Assembly (NCBI GenBank): GCA_041690595.1
Contig: JAWLHB010000031.1
Span: forward strand, 62,001 to 95,222
Direction: 5' to 3'
Length of the DNA: 33,222 nt
Origin: Lentisphaeria bacterium
Lineage (GTDB): Bacteria > Verrucomicrobiota > Lentisphaeria > JABSQK01 > JAWLHB01
The notes beneath the pieces are model-generated. The model did not search any database. It was given only the letters and a program-made list of their open reading frames with translations, and was not told the origin of the DNA. A program made the position numbers and the translations under genes. Below, in pieces: positions 1-11,342 of this stretch. Each line of letters begins with the position of its first letter. Position 1 is the stretch's first letter.

Positions 1-2
1 TG

Positions 3-1349
3 GCCTTGCCCGGCCTGATGAATAACGGCGAGATCAATCTTTACGATCTGGCTGTCGATCGAGCGGAGGCGGTGGGGCGGTTGGCGAGGAAGTCGCCGGA
101 ATTTGCCACGGCGAATTGCCGTATCACCTGGGGGAGCACCCTCGATGAAGCCTTGGAGGGCGCCGACATCGTCTTTGTGGTCCTCATGGCCGGCAGCCGC
201 TCCAACTTCACGCTGCTGCAGGCGACGTGCCCGCAGCACGGATTCATCGGCTCGGACCAACTTTCGCCAAGTGGAGCGATGCTGGCATTGAAGGGCGGCC
301 CGATCCTGATGGATCTGGCCCGGCGCATGGAGAAGCATTGTCCACATGCCTGGCTGATCGACTATGCGAATCCGGTCGCCGTCCTCAGCGCCGCCGTCAA
401 TAACCACACCAGCATACGCTGCCTCGGCGTGTGCGGCGGTTACACCAACCATCAATGGGATTTGACACGCCTCCTCTATGGCAGAGACGAGCAGTGGACC
501 GACTACGAGATTCGCTGCGCCGGCGTCAACCACATGAGCTTCATTCTTCGCGGCTCCAGCCATCGCGGGCGCGATCTGTACGAGTTGACGGCCGAACGGG
601 CGAAAGCGGGGCTCAACATGCCCACACTTTCCAGCCGCTGGTCCGACAGCACCAAGACCAATATCAACCGCAGCATCATCACCCTCGCCAAGCTCTACCG
701 CAAGTATGACTACCTCGTCTTCTCGACGGAAGGCGACGGCCTCGCCCATTTGGATATGGAAGGCCACTATTTTGCCACTGTTCAGCAGGCGCCGCCACCG
801 CCCAGCGCCGCGGAGTTGAAAGCCAGGGAAGAGCAGTTTGTGGCATCGCGGGCCGCCGCCGATCACAGGTTCCGCGCCTGGATCGATGTCGATCTCGATG
901 AGGCCGCATGGAATCAGGAACGCTCCGACGCGCTGTATCTGCTGCGTGCGGACGAAGATATCATGGTCAAGATCACCAAGGCACTGGGCGGCCTGGGGAA
1001 CCTTTCAATCGCGACCAGCCGTCCCGCCAACCGTGCGGTTCCCGGGTTCAAGAAGCGCATGGTGCTGGAGTATTCGCAGACTCTCAGCGCCGACGGCATA
1101 CGCCCCGTTCGCGGGCTGGAAGTGCCCAACGCCTTTCACGGTCTGGTCAGCGCCCTGTCGATGCATCAGACTCTCCTTGGCGACGCCATCGCCACGCAGG
1201 ATCCGCGCATCCTCTTCGAGGCCCTCTACAGCTATCCAGTCAAACAGGATACCGCTGAGAGCAAGGCGCTCTGGCGCGACCTGCTGGCCATCGCCGCGAA
1301 TGAGATCCCCAGCGAGTTCCAGCAGACGCGGGAACTGTTTCGCTGCTGA
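3..1349 (+). CDS. Family 4 glycoside hydrolase (NAD+/Mn2+-dependent; alpha-galactosidase / 6-phospho-glucosidase-like), 5' end outside the window
   Basis: GH4 motifs: EINLYD, 'LDEALEGADIVFV', 'MEKHCPHAWLIDYANPV', 'GVC', 'AGVNHM'. The N-terminal GxGS dinucleotide-binding motif is absent, so the gene starts upstream of base 1. Confidence 0.85.
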   Translation, partial: ALPGLMNNGEINLYDLAVDRAEAVGRLARKSPEFATANCRITWGSTLDEALEGADIVFVVLMAGSRSNFTLLQATCPQHGFIGSDQLSPSGAMLALKGGPILMDLARRMEKHCPHAWLIDYANPVAVLSAAVNNHTSIRCLGVCGGYTNHQWDLTRLLYGRDEQWTDYEIRCAGVNHMSFILRGSSHRGRDLYELTAERAKAGLNMPTLSSRWSDSTKTNINRSIITLAKLYRKYDYLVFSTEGDGLAHLDMEGHYFATVQQAPPPPSAAELKAREEQFVASRAAADHRFRAWIDVDLDEAAWNQERSDALYLLRADEDIMVKITKALGGLGNLSIATSRPANRAVPGFKKRMVLEYSQTLSADGIRPVRGLEVPNAFHGLVSALSMHQTLLGDAIATQDPRILFEALYSYPVKQDTAESKALWRDLLAIAANEIPSEFQQTRELFRC

Positions 1350-1356
1350 TGGCGCC

Positions 1357-2271
1357 TCAGGCGGGTCCGCCCGGTTCACCGGCCTCCGTCAGCCGCAGCT
1401 TGGCCTCCTCGTAGACGTCGGGAGAGAGGGCGCCCCGGCATGCGGCAGCAACATTCTGCTCCAGATGCTCCGGGTTCTTCGTGCCGACGATGGTCGTATG
1501 GCAGTGCGGATGGCTGATCGTGAAGCGCAAGAGGAACGACGTCCTGTCCTCACCTTCTTCGCGCAGTTCATCCAGCCGCGCACGCTCGAAGAGCTCCCAG
1601 CGATCCTTGCCGCCCAGACCGCTTCCGGGTTCTCCGCGCGCCACGCCGCCACGAATGATCACGCCGGCTCCCGATTCGGCGGCATGGGAAATCTGTTGTT
1701 CGTGCTCCCGTTGCAGCGCCGAATACGGAATCTGAAAGACGTCGAAGACTGCCCAGTCGATATAGCCGCCCAGATGCGGATTTGTCGATGAACAGCCGAT
1801 GTGGCGCACCACGCCGGCCGCCTTCAGTTCCCGCAGGATGTCTACCAGCTTCAGCCTTTCGCAGGTCTCCAGGTCGGGATTGTGCAACTGCAGGAGATCC
1901 ACATAGTCGGTGCGCATCTTCATCAGCGAGTCGGCGATATTGCGCAGGATGTTTTCGCGCGTCCAGACATGCGGCGTCTCGTCATGATCCCCGGCAAACT
2001 GTACATGGCAGCCACATTTGGTGGCAAGGTAGAACTCGTCGCGGCGCTCCGCCAGGAACTGGCCGATGTACATCTCGCTTTTGCCGTAGTCATTGGCGGT
2101 GTCGATAAAGGTGATGCCGACATCCAGAACTTTGGTCAGGATTCGCTTCGCCTCGTCGTCGTTGCAGGGGCGTCCGCCCCAGATGCGTTCGCCGCGCACT
2201 TCCATGGCACCATAGCCAAGCTGGGTGACGGTGAGACCGGTTCGGCCAAGAGTACGGGTAGGCAGCTTCAT
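1357..2271 (-). CDS. Aldo/keto reductase
   Basis: 'RTLGRTGLTVTQLGYG', 'FIDTANDYG', 'LATKCG', 'DYVDLLQLH', 'TIVGTKNPEHLEQN'. RBS AGGAG upstream. Confidence 0.95.
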   Translation of the reverse strand: MKLPTRTLGRTGLTVTQLGYGAMEVRGERIWGGRPCNDDEAKRILTKVLDVGITFIDTANDYGKSEMYIGQFLAERRDEFYLATKCGCHVQFAGDHDETPHVWTRENILRNIADSLMKMRTDYVDLLQLHNPDLETCERLKLVDILRELKAAGVVRHIGCSSTNPHLGGYIDWAVFDVFQIPYSALQREHEQQISHAAESGAGVIIRGGVARGEPGSGLGGKDRWELFERARLDELREEGEDRTSFLLRFTISHPHCHTTIVGTKNPEHLEQNVAAACRGALSPDVYEEAKLRLTEAGEPGGPA

Positions 2272-2356
2272 CGGGGTTCTCCTCTGCTGATGTTGAAACG
2301 GCGGATTGCAGCTACTTTACCCGCAATCGCGCCTCCACCACAAGCAGATGCCTCGC

Positions 2357-2704
2357 CTACTCCTCGTCGACAAAGAAATCTCGGACGAAATCGACAAAGG
2401 TCTCGTTGCCGAAGTCACGGAATTCGGCGGCGTCCATGAAGGCGCCCTTGCAGGTGGCACACTGGCTGTAGATGATCCGCGGATGCTCCACAACGCGGAT
2501 GATCGCCATGGCGCCATGCCCTTTGGGACATGCCAACGGCGGCTCTTCCACGCCTGCGGGTTGAGCCACCTGGCCCCGCACCGTCTGCAATTCCGCGGCA
2601 TCGAGATCTTCAAACCACATGCCGCCACAGACACTGCACCGATCGAGTGCAACGTCCTGGACATGGATCGCTTCAAGTTCGCCTTTACACTTGGGACATT
2701 TCAT
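2357..2704 (-). CDS. Small double zinc-ribbon (zf-TFIIB-like) protein
   Basis: CPKC...CSVCGGMWF and CPKGH...CATCKGAFMD repeats. Confidence 0.85.
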   Translation of the reverse strand: MKCPKCKGELEAIHVQDVALDRCSVCGGMWFEDLDAAELQTVRGQVAQPAGVEEPPLACPKGHGAMAIIRVVEHPRIIYSQCATCKGAFMDAAEFRDFGNETFVDFVRDFFVDEE

Positions 2705-2709
2705 AGCTA

Positions 2710-2739
2710 AGTATACTCCGCCCGGGGAGGGTTGTGCAA
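2710..2739 (-). promoter_or_regulatory. Putative sigma-70 promoter of the zinc-ribbon gene (probably leaderless)
   Basis: Minus strand TTGCAC-N18-TATACT, followed 5 nt later by the ATG at 2704. No Shine-Dalgarno sequence. Confidence 0.55.
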
Positions 2740-2752
2740 GTTCAGCCGCTGT

Positions 2753-3808
2753 TTATCTCCAGCGATCCAGAACCTCATCGATATCGGCTCGAATCTCCAG
2801 CCGCGCCATGTCGCGATCGCACCCCTGCATCAGCAGCAGGTCATACTGCGTTTCGGTATGTCGAATATGGGCGATCACCGCCAACTGCACGGCCCTGGGA
2901 TCCCCACTTCGCCCCGCTTCACTGCGCCCGACGCAGCCGCTGCCTCGGCGGCTTGTGTGCGCCGCAATCTGCGCCACGGTCTCTGCCGGACAATGGGGAA
3001 ACTGCTCGCGGATGCTCTGGGCGATCGCCTCGCGCACTGCGTCATCTTCCTGCTCCCGCCGTCCGGCCGCCCGTTCTCGTCGTACTGCCCGGAGATCGGC
3101 GTCAGCCAGGCACTCCTCCTCCGCCTTCTCCAGCGCCGACTCTTCGACCAGCAGCCCCCGACGCAGATAACGATGCATACGCTTGTTCCACTCAATCACG
3201 ACGGCATGGAGGCGGCTGTACTTCTTAGACCGCCGGGTCAGCGTGGCGTCGCCAGCCGGCAGATAGATCAAGTGGCCCAGATCGGCACAGTCCAGGCACA
3301 AGGGCGCGCCTTTCTCGAGGACCATCATCGCGTGTTTGTGAATGGCTCCCTCGCAGCCGCTGCAGACGGCCACCGTCGAAACCATTACCACCATCAGCTC
3401 GGGCGCCTCCTTCGTCTTCTCCGCGGCTTTCACCCGCTGCCTTTCCGACAGGTGTCCCGGGAGATAATGTCGGCGGTATGCCGCCTCCACCCGCGCATCG
3501 CCATCCTCGGTGACCTGAAGCTCTCCCGATGCCTGCACGGAGCTGGGGAGATAGCTGCCCGTGACCACCTCCAGCCCGCGCTCGCGTGCCCATTCGTCGA
3601 CCAGTTCCAGAACCCTCCGCTGCTTCGGGCGTGTACTCGCCATCAAAGGTTCGAGCGCCGGCGCCATCCCGCGCATCCAGCCCTTCAGATGGGAATCCGA
3701 AAGCCACCCGATCCGCATCATCACGGCCAGCGGGCTGACCGCTTCCTTTCCCTTGGTCAGTTCTTCCATCGCCGTCGCCACCCGCCTGCTCAACGAAGCC
3801 TTTGCCAT
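2753..3808 (-). CDS. DUF2293-family protein with CxxC pairs
   Basis: 'PLCLDCADLGHLIYLPAGDATLTRR' and 'GSGCVGRS...AVIAHIRHTETQYDLLL' are typical of DUF2293. RBS GGAGG. Confidence 0.8.
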   Translation of the reverse strand: MAKASLSRRVATAMEELTKGKEAVSPLAVMMRIGWLSDSHLKGWMRGMAPALEPLMASTRPKQRRVLELVDEWARERGLEVVTGSYLPSSVQASGELQVTEDGDARVEAAYRRHYLPGHLSERQRVKAAEKTKEAPELMVVMVSTVAVCSGCEGAIHKHAMMVLEKGAPLCLDCADLGHLIYLPAGDATLTRRSKKYSRLHAVVIEWNKRMHRYLRRGLLVEESALEKAEEECLADADLRAVRRERAAGRREQEDDAVREAIAQSIREQFPHCPAETVAQIAAHTSRRGSGCVGRSEAGRSGDPRAVQLAVIAHIRHTETQYDLLLMQGCDRDMARLEIRADIDEVLDRWR

Positions 3809-3940
3809 CGTTCCATTCCTCCTTCCAGTCGTTTCGAGCCCCCTTTACAATAGACAATCGTCTCGTTCCCGCAAGATAGTTCCAGCCCAAAATGAGACTA
3901 TAGTAGCGGGCATCTCCACCACCTCCACCGGAAGCTCCAC

Positions 3941-4510
3941 ATGCCCGTATGCAGCACCCCCGACGCAGACAGCTCCACATGGGAAGCAGAGACCTTGAGC
4001 GCGAAGCACCTCAACGTCGTGGGTCTCCTGCTGGCGGTGCCATTCCTCATTCCCTTTCTGTTGGCGTGGTGGCTGCTGCCCCATGCGCGGCCCTATCAGG
4101 AGAGCGACCTTGCCATCTATCTGGGCCTCGCCATCGTCTGTACCGTCTTCCATGAAGGAGCCCACGCATTGGCCGCGATCCTCATCGGCGGCGTCCGGCC
4201 AGCCGAGGTGAGCTTCGGGTTCAACTGGCGAGGCTTGATGCCCTACTGCCATGTGCATCGGTCCGTCACCCTGCGCGATTATCGGCATTTCTGCCTGGCG
4301 CCATTCTTCTTCATCAGCCTGCCGCTCCTCGCCGCCTGTCTGGTCTTTCCCGCGCCATGGCTGCTGCTGCTCGCGTGGACCATGCTGATCGGTTGTGCCG
4401 GTGACGTATGGATATGGCTCAAGCTCCGCCCCTATGCCCCCCTCTCCCTGGTACAGGATCATCCCACCGACTGCGGCTGCCTGATCCGCGCTCCCAACAC
4501 CGGCGGCTGA
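3941..4510 (+). CDS. DUF3267-like membrane zincin metallopeptidase
   Basis: Hydrophobic helices, HEGAH (HExxH), 'LAPF', 'GCAGD', 'VQDHP'. Confidence 0.8.
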   Translation: MPVCSTPDADSSTWEAETLSAKHLNVVGLLLAVPFLIPFLLAWWLLPHARPYQESDLAIYLGLAIVCTVFHEGAHALAAILIGGVRPAEVSFGFNWRGLMPYCHVHRSVTLRDYRHFCLAPFFFISLPLLAACLVFPAPWLLLLAWTMLIGCAGDVWIWLKLRPYAPLSLVQDHPTDCGCLIRAPNTGG

Positions 4511-4534
4511 TCGGGATCAAGGCGGCGCTTCCAC

Positions 4535-4577
4535 AAAAAAAGGCGCCCCGGGCAGCGGATGGCTACCCGGGGCGCTT
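4535..4577 (-). terminator. Rho-independent terminator of the dnaK-groES-groEL operon
   Basis: Stem GGCGCCCCGGG(cagc)/(gcta)CCCGGGGCGC next to an A7 tract at 4535-4541 (U-tract on the minus strand), just downstream of the groEL stop. Confidence 0.85.
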
Positions 4578-4608
4578 ATCTTATGCTATGCAGCAGGTGC
4601 TGGTCGGA

Positions 4609-6264
<1,656 letters not shown>

Positions 6265-6312
6265 TTATTGATTGTTGTTATCTGTGTGGAAAGAAAGGTT
6301 GGAGAGCGGCTG

Positions 6313-6612
6313 TCAGCCAACGACGGCAAGGATATCTTCGACCTTGAGGATCTTGTATTCCTTGTCATCGAGCTTCACTTCCGTGCCGCCGTACTTGCTG
6401 GTCAGAACCTTGTCGCCGACCTTGACGTCGGTGATTTCGATCCGCTTGCCGTTCTCATCTACTTTGCCGGGGCCAATGGCGACGACGGTCGCTTCCTGGG
6501 GCTTTTCCTTGGCGCTGTCCGGGATGTAGATACCACCCTTAACTTCTTCGGTCTGCTCGACGGGCTCGACCAGAACGCGGTCGCCAAGTGGTTTGATGTT
6601 CAGTTTGGCCAT
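6313..6612 (-). CDS. groS: Co-chaperonin GroES
   Basis: '[10 protein letters not shown]', '[14 protein letters not shown]'. RBS AAGGAG. Confidence 0.99.
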   Translation of the reverse strand: MAKLNIKPLGDRVLVEPVEQTEEVKGGIYIPDSAKEKPQEATVVAIGPGKVDENGKRIEITDVKVGDKVLTSKYGGTEVKLDDKEYKILKVEDILAVVG

Positions 6613-6666
6613 GTGTGATGACTCCTTTTGGTGTAATGTTGGTTAGGTGAGTTGATGGATTAGCTG

Positions 6667-8586
6667 TTAGCTGTTTTTCTTATCTTCATCGACAACGTCA
6701 AAATCGGCATCGATTACATCGTCCTGCTGCCCACCGGGCTGCCCGCCGGGCTGAGCTTCACCCTCGGCGCCAGGCTGCTGCTGGGCGCCGACGTTGCGAT
6801 AGAGCTCTTCGGCAAACTTCTGCATATTGGCGGTGATCGCCTCCATGACGCGTTTCATCTGCTCGGTGTCATCCGCTTCCATCGCCGATTTCAGCTTGGC
6901 AATATCGTCCTCGACGGGCTTCTTGATCTCATCGGGGATCTTCTCGCCATTTTCCTTGAGCTGCTTCTCCGTCTGATAGACGAGTGAGTCGGCGCGGTTG
7001 CGAACCTCGATCTTCTCGCGGCGAACCTTGTCTTCATCGGCGTGCTTCTGCGCGTCGTTGACCATGTTCTTGATCTCCTGATCGGAGAGGCCGGAGCTGG
7101 CAGTGATCGTGATCTTCTGCTCCTTACCGGTTCCCAGATCCTTGGCGGAGACATTGAGAATGCCGTTCGCGTCGATATCGAAGGTCACTTCCACCTGAGG
7201 CACTCCACGCGGGGCCGGGGGGATGCCATCCAGCTTGAACTTGCCGATGCTCTTATTGTCACTGGCCATGTCGCGCTCGCCCTGCAGGACGTGAATCTCC
7301 ACCGAGGGCTGGTTGTCCGCCGCCGTGGAAAAGATCTCGCTCTTGCGGGTCGGAATGGTGGTATTGCGTTCGATGAGCTTGGTGGTGACGCCGCCCAGGG
7401 TTTCGATACCCAGGGAGAGCGGAGTCACGTCGAGCAGCAGCACATCGTCCACATCGCCGGAAAGCACACCGCCCTGGATGGCGGCGCCGACGGCAACGAC
7501 TTCGTCGGGATTCACCCCACGATGTGGCTCCCGTTTGAAGATCTCCTTCGCGATCTCGACCACCTTCGGCATGCGCGTCTGACCGCCGACCATCACCACT
7601 TCGTCAATGTCGGCATTGTTGAGACCGGCATCACGCATGCAGTCGATGCAGGGCTGGCGAGTGCGGCTGAGCAGGTCGTCGGTCAGCTGCTCCAGCTTGG
7701 CGCGCGTCAGCGTCTGAGTCAGGTGCTTGGGTCCGGAGGCATCAGCCGTGATGAAGGGAAGATTGATGTCCGTGCTCTGGCCGCTGGAGAGTTCGCACTT
7801 GGCCTTTTCCGCGGCTTCCTTGAGCCGCTGCAGGGCCATCGCGTCCTTCTTGAGGTCAATTCCCGCATCCTTCTTGAACTCATTGGCGATCCAGTCGATG
7901 ATCGCTTCATCGAGATCGTCGCCGCCAAGATGGGTATCACCGTTGGTCGCCTTGACTTCGAAGACGCCGTCGCCCAGTTCGAGCACCGAAATGTCGAAGG
8001 TGCCACCACCAAGGTCGTACACGGCAATCTTCTCGTCTTTCTTCTTGTCCAATCCATAGGCCAAGGAGGCGGCCGTCGGCTCATTGATGATGCGCTTGAC
8101 CTCGAATCCGGCGATCTTGCCCGCATCCTTGGTCGCTTGACGCTGATTGTCGTTGAAGTAGGCCGGAACGGTGATGACCGCTTCCGTGATCTTCTCGCCA
8201 ATGTAGGCTTCGGCGTCGGCTTTGAGCTTCGCCAGAATCATCGCCGAGATTTCGGGCGGCGAGTAAGTCTTGTCCCCGATCATGACGTTGGCGTCGCCGT
8301 TCTTGGCTTCGACCACTTTGTAGGGAACCAGCTGGATCTCGTGGGCGACTTCGCTGAAGCGGCGCCCCATGAAACGCTTGATCGAGAATACGGTGTTGGT
8401 GGGATTGGTAACGGCCTGACGCTTGGCGGGAAGTCCCACCAGGCGCTCGCCGTTCTTCGTGAATGCGACGACGGAGGGAGTCGTGCGCTGACCCTCCGCG
8501 TTGGGGACGACTTTCGATTCGCCGCCTTCCATGATGGCCATGCAGGAATTTGTCGTTCCCAAGTCAATGCCAAGTATCTTACCCAT
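6667..8586 (-). CDS. dnaK: Molecular chaperone DnaK (Hsp70)
   Basis: 'GIDLGTTNS', 'DLGGGTFD', 'VNPDEVVA'. Start at ATG 8586 with RBS AGGAGA. Confidence 0.99.
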   Translation of the reverse strand: MGKILGIDLGTTNSCMAIMEGGESKVVPNAEGQRTTPSVVAFTKNGERLVGLPAKRQAVTNPTNTVFSIKRFMGRRFSEVAHEIQLVPYKVVEAKNGDANVMIGDKTYSPPEISAMILAKLKADAEAYIGEKITEAVITVPAYFNDNQRQATKDAGKIAGFEVKRIINEPTAASLAYGLDKKKDEKIAVYDLGGGTFDISVLELGDGVFEVKATNGDTHLGGDDLDEAIIDWIANEFKKDAGIDLKKDAMALQRLKEAAEKAKCELSSGQSTDINLPFITADASGPKHLTQTLTRAKLEQLTDDLLSRTRQPCIDCMRDAGLNNADIDEVVMVGGQTRMPKVVEIAKEIFKREPHRGVNPDEVVAVGAAIQGGVLSGDVDDVLLLDVTPLSLGIETLGGVTTKLIERNTTIPTRKSEIFSTAADNQPSVEIHVLQGERDMASDNKSIGKFKLDGIPPAPRGVPQVEVTFDIDANGILNVSAKDLGTGKEQKITITASSGLSDQEIKNMVNDAQKHADEDKVRREKIEVRNRADSLVYQTEKQLKENGEKIPDEIKKPVEDDIAKLKSAMEADDTEQMKRVMEAITANMQKFAEELYRNVGAQQQPGAEGEAQPGGQPGGQQDDVIDADFDVVDEDKKNS

Positions 8587-8644
8587 AATATCTCCTGAAA
8601 AGCTGGGGGCTTCGAGTTGTGTGCGTGTTTTCGCTTCAACTATT

Positions 8645-8661
8645 AGCAGCACTCATGCCAA
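8645..8661 (-). promoter_or_regulatory. Sigma-54 (-24/-12) promoter of the dnaK operon
   Basis: Minus strand TTGGCATGAGTGCTGCT: GG (8659-8658)-N10-GC (8647-8646), matching TGGCACG-N4-TTGCW with exact spacing. Confidence 0.75.
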
Positions 8662-8690
8662 GTAGGTACGCCTTACATTAACCCGCTCAA

Positions 8691-8703
8691 AATCAGGCAC
8701 TTA
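8691..8703. promoter_or_regulatory. Putative IHF binding site
   Basis: AATCAGGCACTTA fits WATCAR-N4-TTR and lies between the sigma-54 promoter and the upstream repeats. Confidence 0.55.
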
Positions 8704-8731
8704 CGGCCTGACGAAGCGATCCGGAAAGGGT

Positions 8732-8795
8732 TGTGTCACAGGGCGTGTCGCGCCTTTGCTGGCACAGGTGCGCCAGCTTGGCACAGGTGGCGCCG
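8732..8795. promoter_or_regulatory. Putative tandem upstream activator sites for a sigma-54 enhancer-binding protein
   Basis: Direct repeat TGGCACAGGTG at 8760 and 8779; near-palindrome TGCGCCA-gct-TGGCACA at 8769-8785; related half-site TGTGTCA at 8732. Confidence 0.55.
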
Positions 8796-8809
8796 ACGCT
8801 TCAGTCCGG

Positions 8810-11290
8810 TCACTCGCGCGGCACCAGAAGCGCCTCCGGTGAGGCGGCGAGGTAGGGTGGGAGATTGAAGAACCAGAGCTGCCCCAGCGCGAGCTGGCTC
8901 ATGCTCCATGTCTTGCCATCGCTCCCCTCGGGAACTGGTATGGTGATGAAGCTGCCGCTCTCCTCGACGATCTTGAAGAGCTCGCCATCGGGCGTATAAA
9001 GTCGGTGCGGCGTGGAATTGACGATGAAGTAGGAGAGCGCTTCGGTGCCGGCGGGCACGTGAAAGTAGACACGTGGCATGTGACCGAAATGATGATACTT
9101 GCGCCCTCGCTCGAGCGCCAGCACGGCGGGTCGGCCGGCGGGCACCACCAATCGAAATCCAGCACTCGAATCGACGATCTCCAGCCGGTACAGACCGGAG
9201 GCCGGAACCGGTACCGTCACGGCATGCGACTCACCGTCCAGAGGCAAACGCCCCTCCTCCACCGTTGTACCCTGTACATTGCGCAGCGTCCACGTGGCAT
9301 CGCGACGGTCGCGATAGCCGGCAATGACACCGGTGGTGATCGCGAAGTCGAGCGCCTCCCCTTCACGGCTGTAAAGGAGATAGGTGACGCCTCCCTGGAA
9401 GCCATGATTGGTAGCAACCGACCCACTGCTCGACGATTCCGCCGGAACCAGCGCCTCGCTGAACTCCCGCTCGACCAGTTGCTGTGGCTCGAAGCGGGCC
9501 AGATCGTCGGCGAACTGCGCCGCCGTCTCTTCGGCCGTGTTGGCCTCCTCGACCTGCCAGGCCTTCGGGCGAGTCGCTTCATTGAAGGCCCAGGTTGGCT
9601 CTTCGAATTCCTCGGCCCACTTGCGCGTCTGATGTTGGCGGATCGCTTCCCAGTGATTCATGTAGCTGTAGCGGTTGCGGTACACGTGGGTCAGGATGGC
9701 GAGGGCCAGCTGCTTGCGCGCCGCCACGTCGGTACTCTGCTGGAAATCCCATCGCAGCCGCACGTAATGCATGTACTGCTTGAGCTGGTCGAGGCGCGCC
9801 AGTATCTCCGGCGCTTCAGCAGCGATCCTGGTGGCTTCCTCAAGGTCACGCAGGCAAAGCGCAAAGAGGTGCTCGCTCACAAGCGGCTTGCCGGCACCGT
9901 CGAGGCGCTCGTAATAGCGCTTCATGACCGCAGCCGCCGGTCCAAAGGCGGCATCGAGGAAGTCGTTGAGGATAGCATCGGCATCCTGCGCCGGGTTCCA
10001 CATGAGTTGGCCAGCCAGATAGTAGCCGCGGCCGTGAATGCCCCAGTTGTTGCCGCTCTCGCAACTGAGCGTGACGGCATTCCTCGCGACATAATCGCGG
10101 ATGGACTCGGCTATATAGGCGGTGTTGGCGGCCCGACCGCCAGGCGGCATGTCCCAGTCCCACAGATAAACGGAGTAATAGTCGTAGTACCCCATGGCGG
10201 CACACTTGGTCGGCCACAGATCCATCAGCTCATCGAACGAGTAGCGGCCGCGGATGAAGCCACGGGTCAGCTCGATATAGACGTTGGGCTCGAGCACGAA
10301 GTCGGGCGGCTCGGAGTGTTCGTTGTAAGCAAGCAGGCCGACCATCTTGCCGGGGTGCACCCGAGCTACTTCACGGGCAGCCTCGTTGGCAAGTCCGAAG
10401 ACCCGATTGGAGATGGAACCCATGGCGGCACACGGCTCGCACTCGCATTGCCCCCCGCCGTCCGAGCAGTCCAGAGAGACCATGTCCGCTCGCGGATGCT
10501 TGACGAAATAGTCCAGCGCATAGTCGACCACAAGCTGCCGAAGGCCCGGATTGCTGACGCATAGCTGCTCTCCCTGCCGCTTGCCGTCAACCAGCGCAAG
10601 GTACTCGGGATGCTCCTCGAAGGTGCCGGCATACTGGCGAATGATGGACTGCCAGGCATGCCCAGTATTGGCGTTCAGCGAATGGCCGAGGCGATTGCGC
10701 CGAACCCAATCCGCGTACTCCTGCTGGCAACGCTTCTCGTTGCGGTCGAAGAATCCGAAACCATACCAGATGCGGCGGCCAGGCATCGCCGGCTCCTCGA
10801 TGGCATCAAGCTCGACGACCAGCCGCGCCTGGCTCGGAATCACCTCCCATTCGGCGGCCGGGAAGAACCAGCGGCAGCCCAGATGCCGAAGCAGATGGTA
10901 GGCCGCATGCACCGCCCCCTGCTCCGTTGCCCCGAGCAGCAACAGCCGATGCTCCTCGCTGCGCACCAGGTAACGCTCCCGCTGACGCAGCGGCGTCCCG
11001 GCCATCAGCTCCGTCCCGGCATCGATGACCGGGAAGCTGGCAGCAGCGCCGAGGACGATGCCTCCAGTACCGTCTCCGCGTTCCACGGCGAAAGCCGCGC
11101 CGCTGATCCGCCCCAGGTAGTGGGCCAGCTCATCGGCAACCTCCTGCAGTTCCGACGATGCATCGTCGGCAAGGATGATTGGCATCGCGGCCTTGCCGTT
11201 ATCAGCCAACAAAATTGGCGCGTCCGCGCGCGCACACGAACCATACCCGATGCCGAGAAGAGCGAGAAGAACAGGGAAGATCAAGCGCAC
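8810..11290 (-). CDS. Secreted DUF4838-family protein (GH20/GH67-like N-terminal domain)
   Basis: Signal peptide; 'ELAHYLGRISGA', 'LGCRWFFP', 'HPEYLALVDGKR..QLCVSNP', 'CECEPC'. GTG start with RBS AGGAG. Confidence 0.8.
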   Translation of the reverse strand: MRLIFPVLLALLGIGYGSCARADAPILLADNGKAAMPIILADDASSELQEVADELAHYLGRISGAAFAVERGDGTGGIVLGAAASFPVIDAGTELMAGTPLRQRERYLVRSEEHRLLLLGATEQGAVHAAYHLLRHLGCRWFFPAAEWEVIPSQARLVVELDAIEEPAMPGRRIWYGFGFFDRNEKRCQQEYADWVRRNRLGHSLNANTGHAWQSIIRQYAGTFEEHPEYLALVDGKRQGEQLCVSNPGLRQLVVDYALDYFVKHPRADMVSLDCSDGGGQCECEPCAAMGSISNRVFGLANEAAREVARVHPGKMVGLLAYNEHSEPPDFVLEPNVYIELTRGFIRGRYSFDELMDLWPTKCAAMGYYDYYSVYLWDWDMPPGGRAANTAYIAESIRDYVARNAVTLSCESGNNWGIHGRGYYLAGQLMWNPAQDADAILNDFLDAAFGPAAAVMKRYYERLDGAGKPLVSEHLFALCLRDLEEATRIAAEAPEILARLDQLKQYMHYVRLRWDFQQSTDVAARKQLALAILTHVYRNRYSYMNHWEAIRQHQTRKWAEEFEEPTWAFNEATRPKAWQVEEANTAEETAAQFADDLARFEPQQLVEREFSEALVPAESSSSGSVATNHGFQGGVTYLLYSREGEALDFAITTGVIAGYRDRRDATWTLRNVQGTTVEEGRLPLDGESHAVTVPVPASGLYRLEIVDSSAGFRLVVPAGRPAVLALERGRKYHHFGHMPRVYFHVPAGTEALSYFIVNSTPHRLYTPDGELFKIVEESGSFITIPVPEGSDGKTWSMSQLALGQLWFFNLPPYLAASPEALLVPRE

Positions 11291-11342
11291 GTGATTACTC
11301 CTGGCTGCGACCGTGTAAGGTCATGAAGATGGTGAAGCAGGG

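Noticed and set aside
2300..2334. Hairpin GCGGATTGC...GCAATCGC between the zinc-ribbon and aldo/keto reductase genes
   Set aside because: Imperfect stem, long loop and weak U-tract; cannot be called a terminator or operator with confidence.
7042..8598. 518-aa + strand ORF opposite dnaK
   Set aside because: Well-known antisense ORF of dnaK, often mis-annotated as NAD-glutamate dehydrogenase; no independent support.
8643..8660. Possible CIRCE (HrcA) element
   Set aside because: Only a broken half-site (TTAGCAGCACTC) with no partner 9 bp away; the bases are better explained as a sigma-54 promoter.
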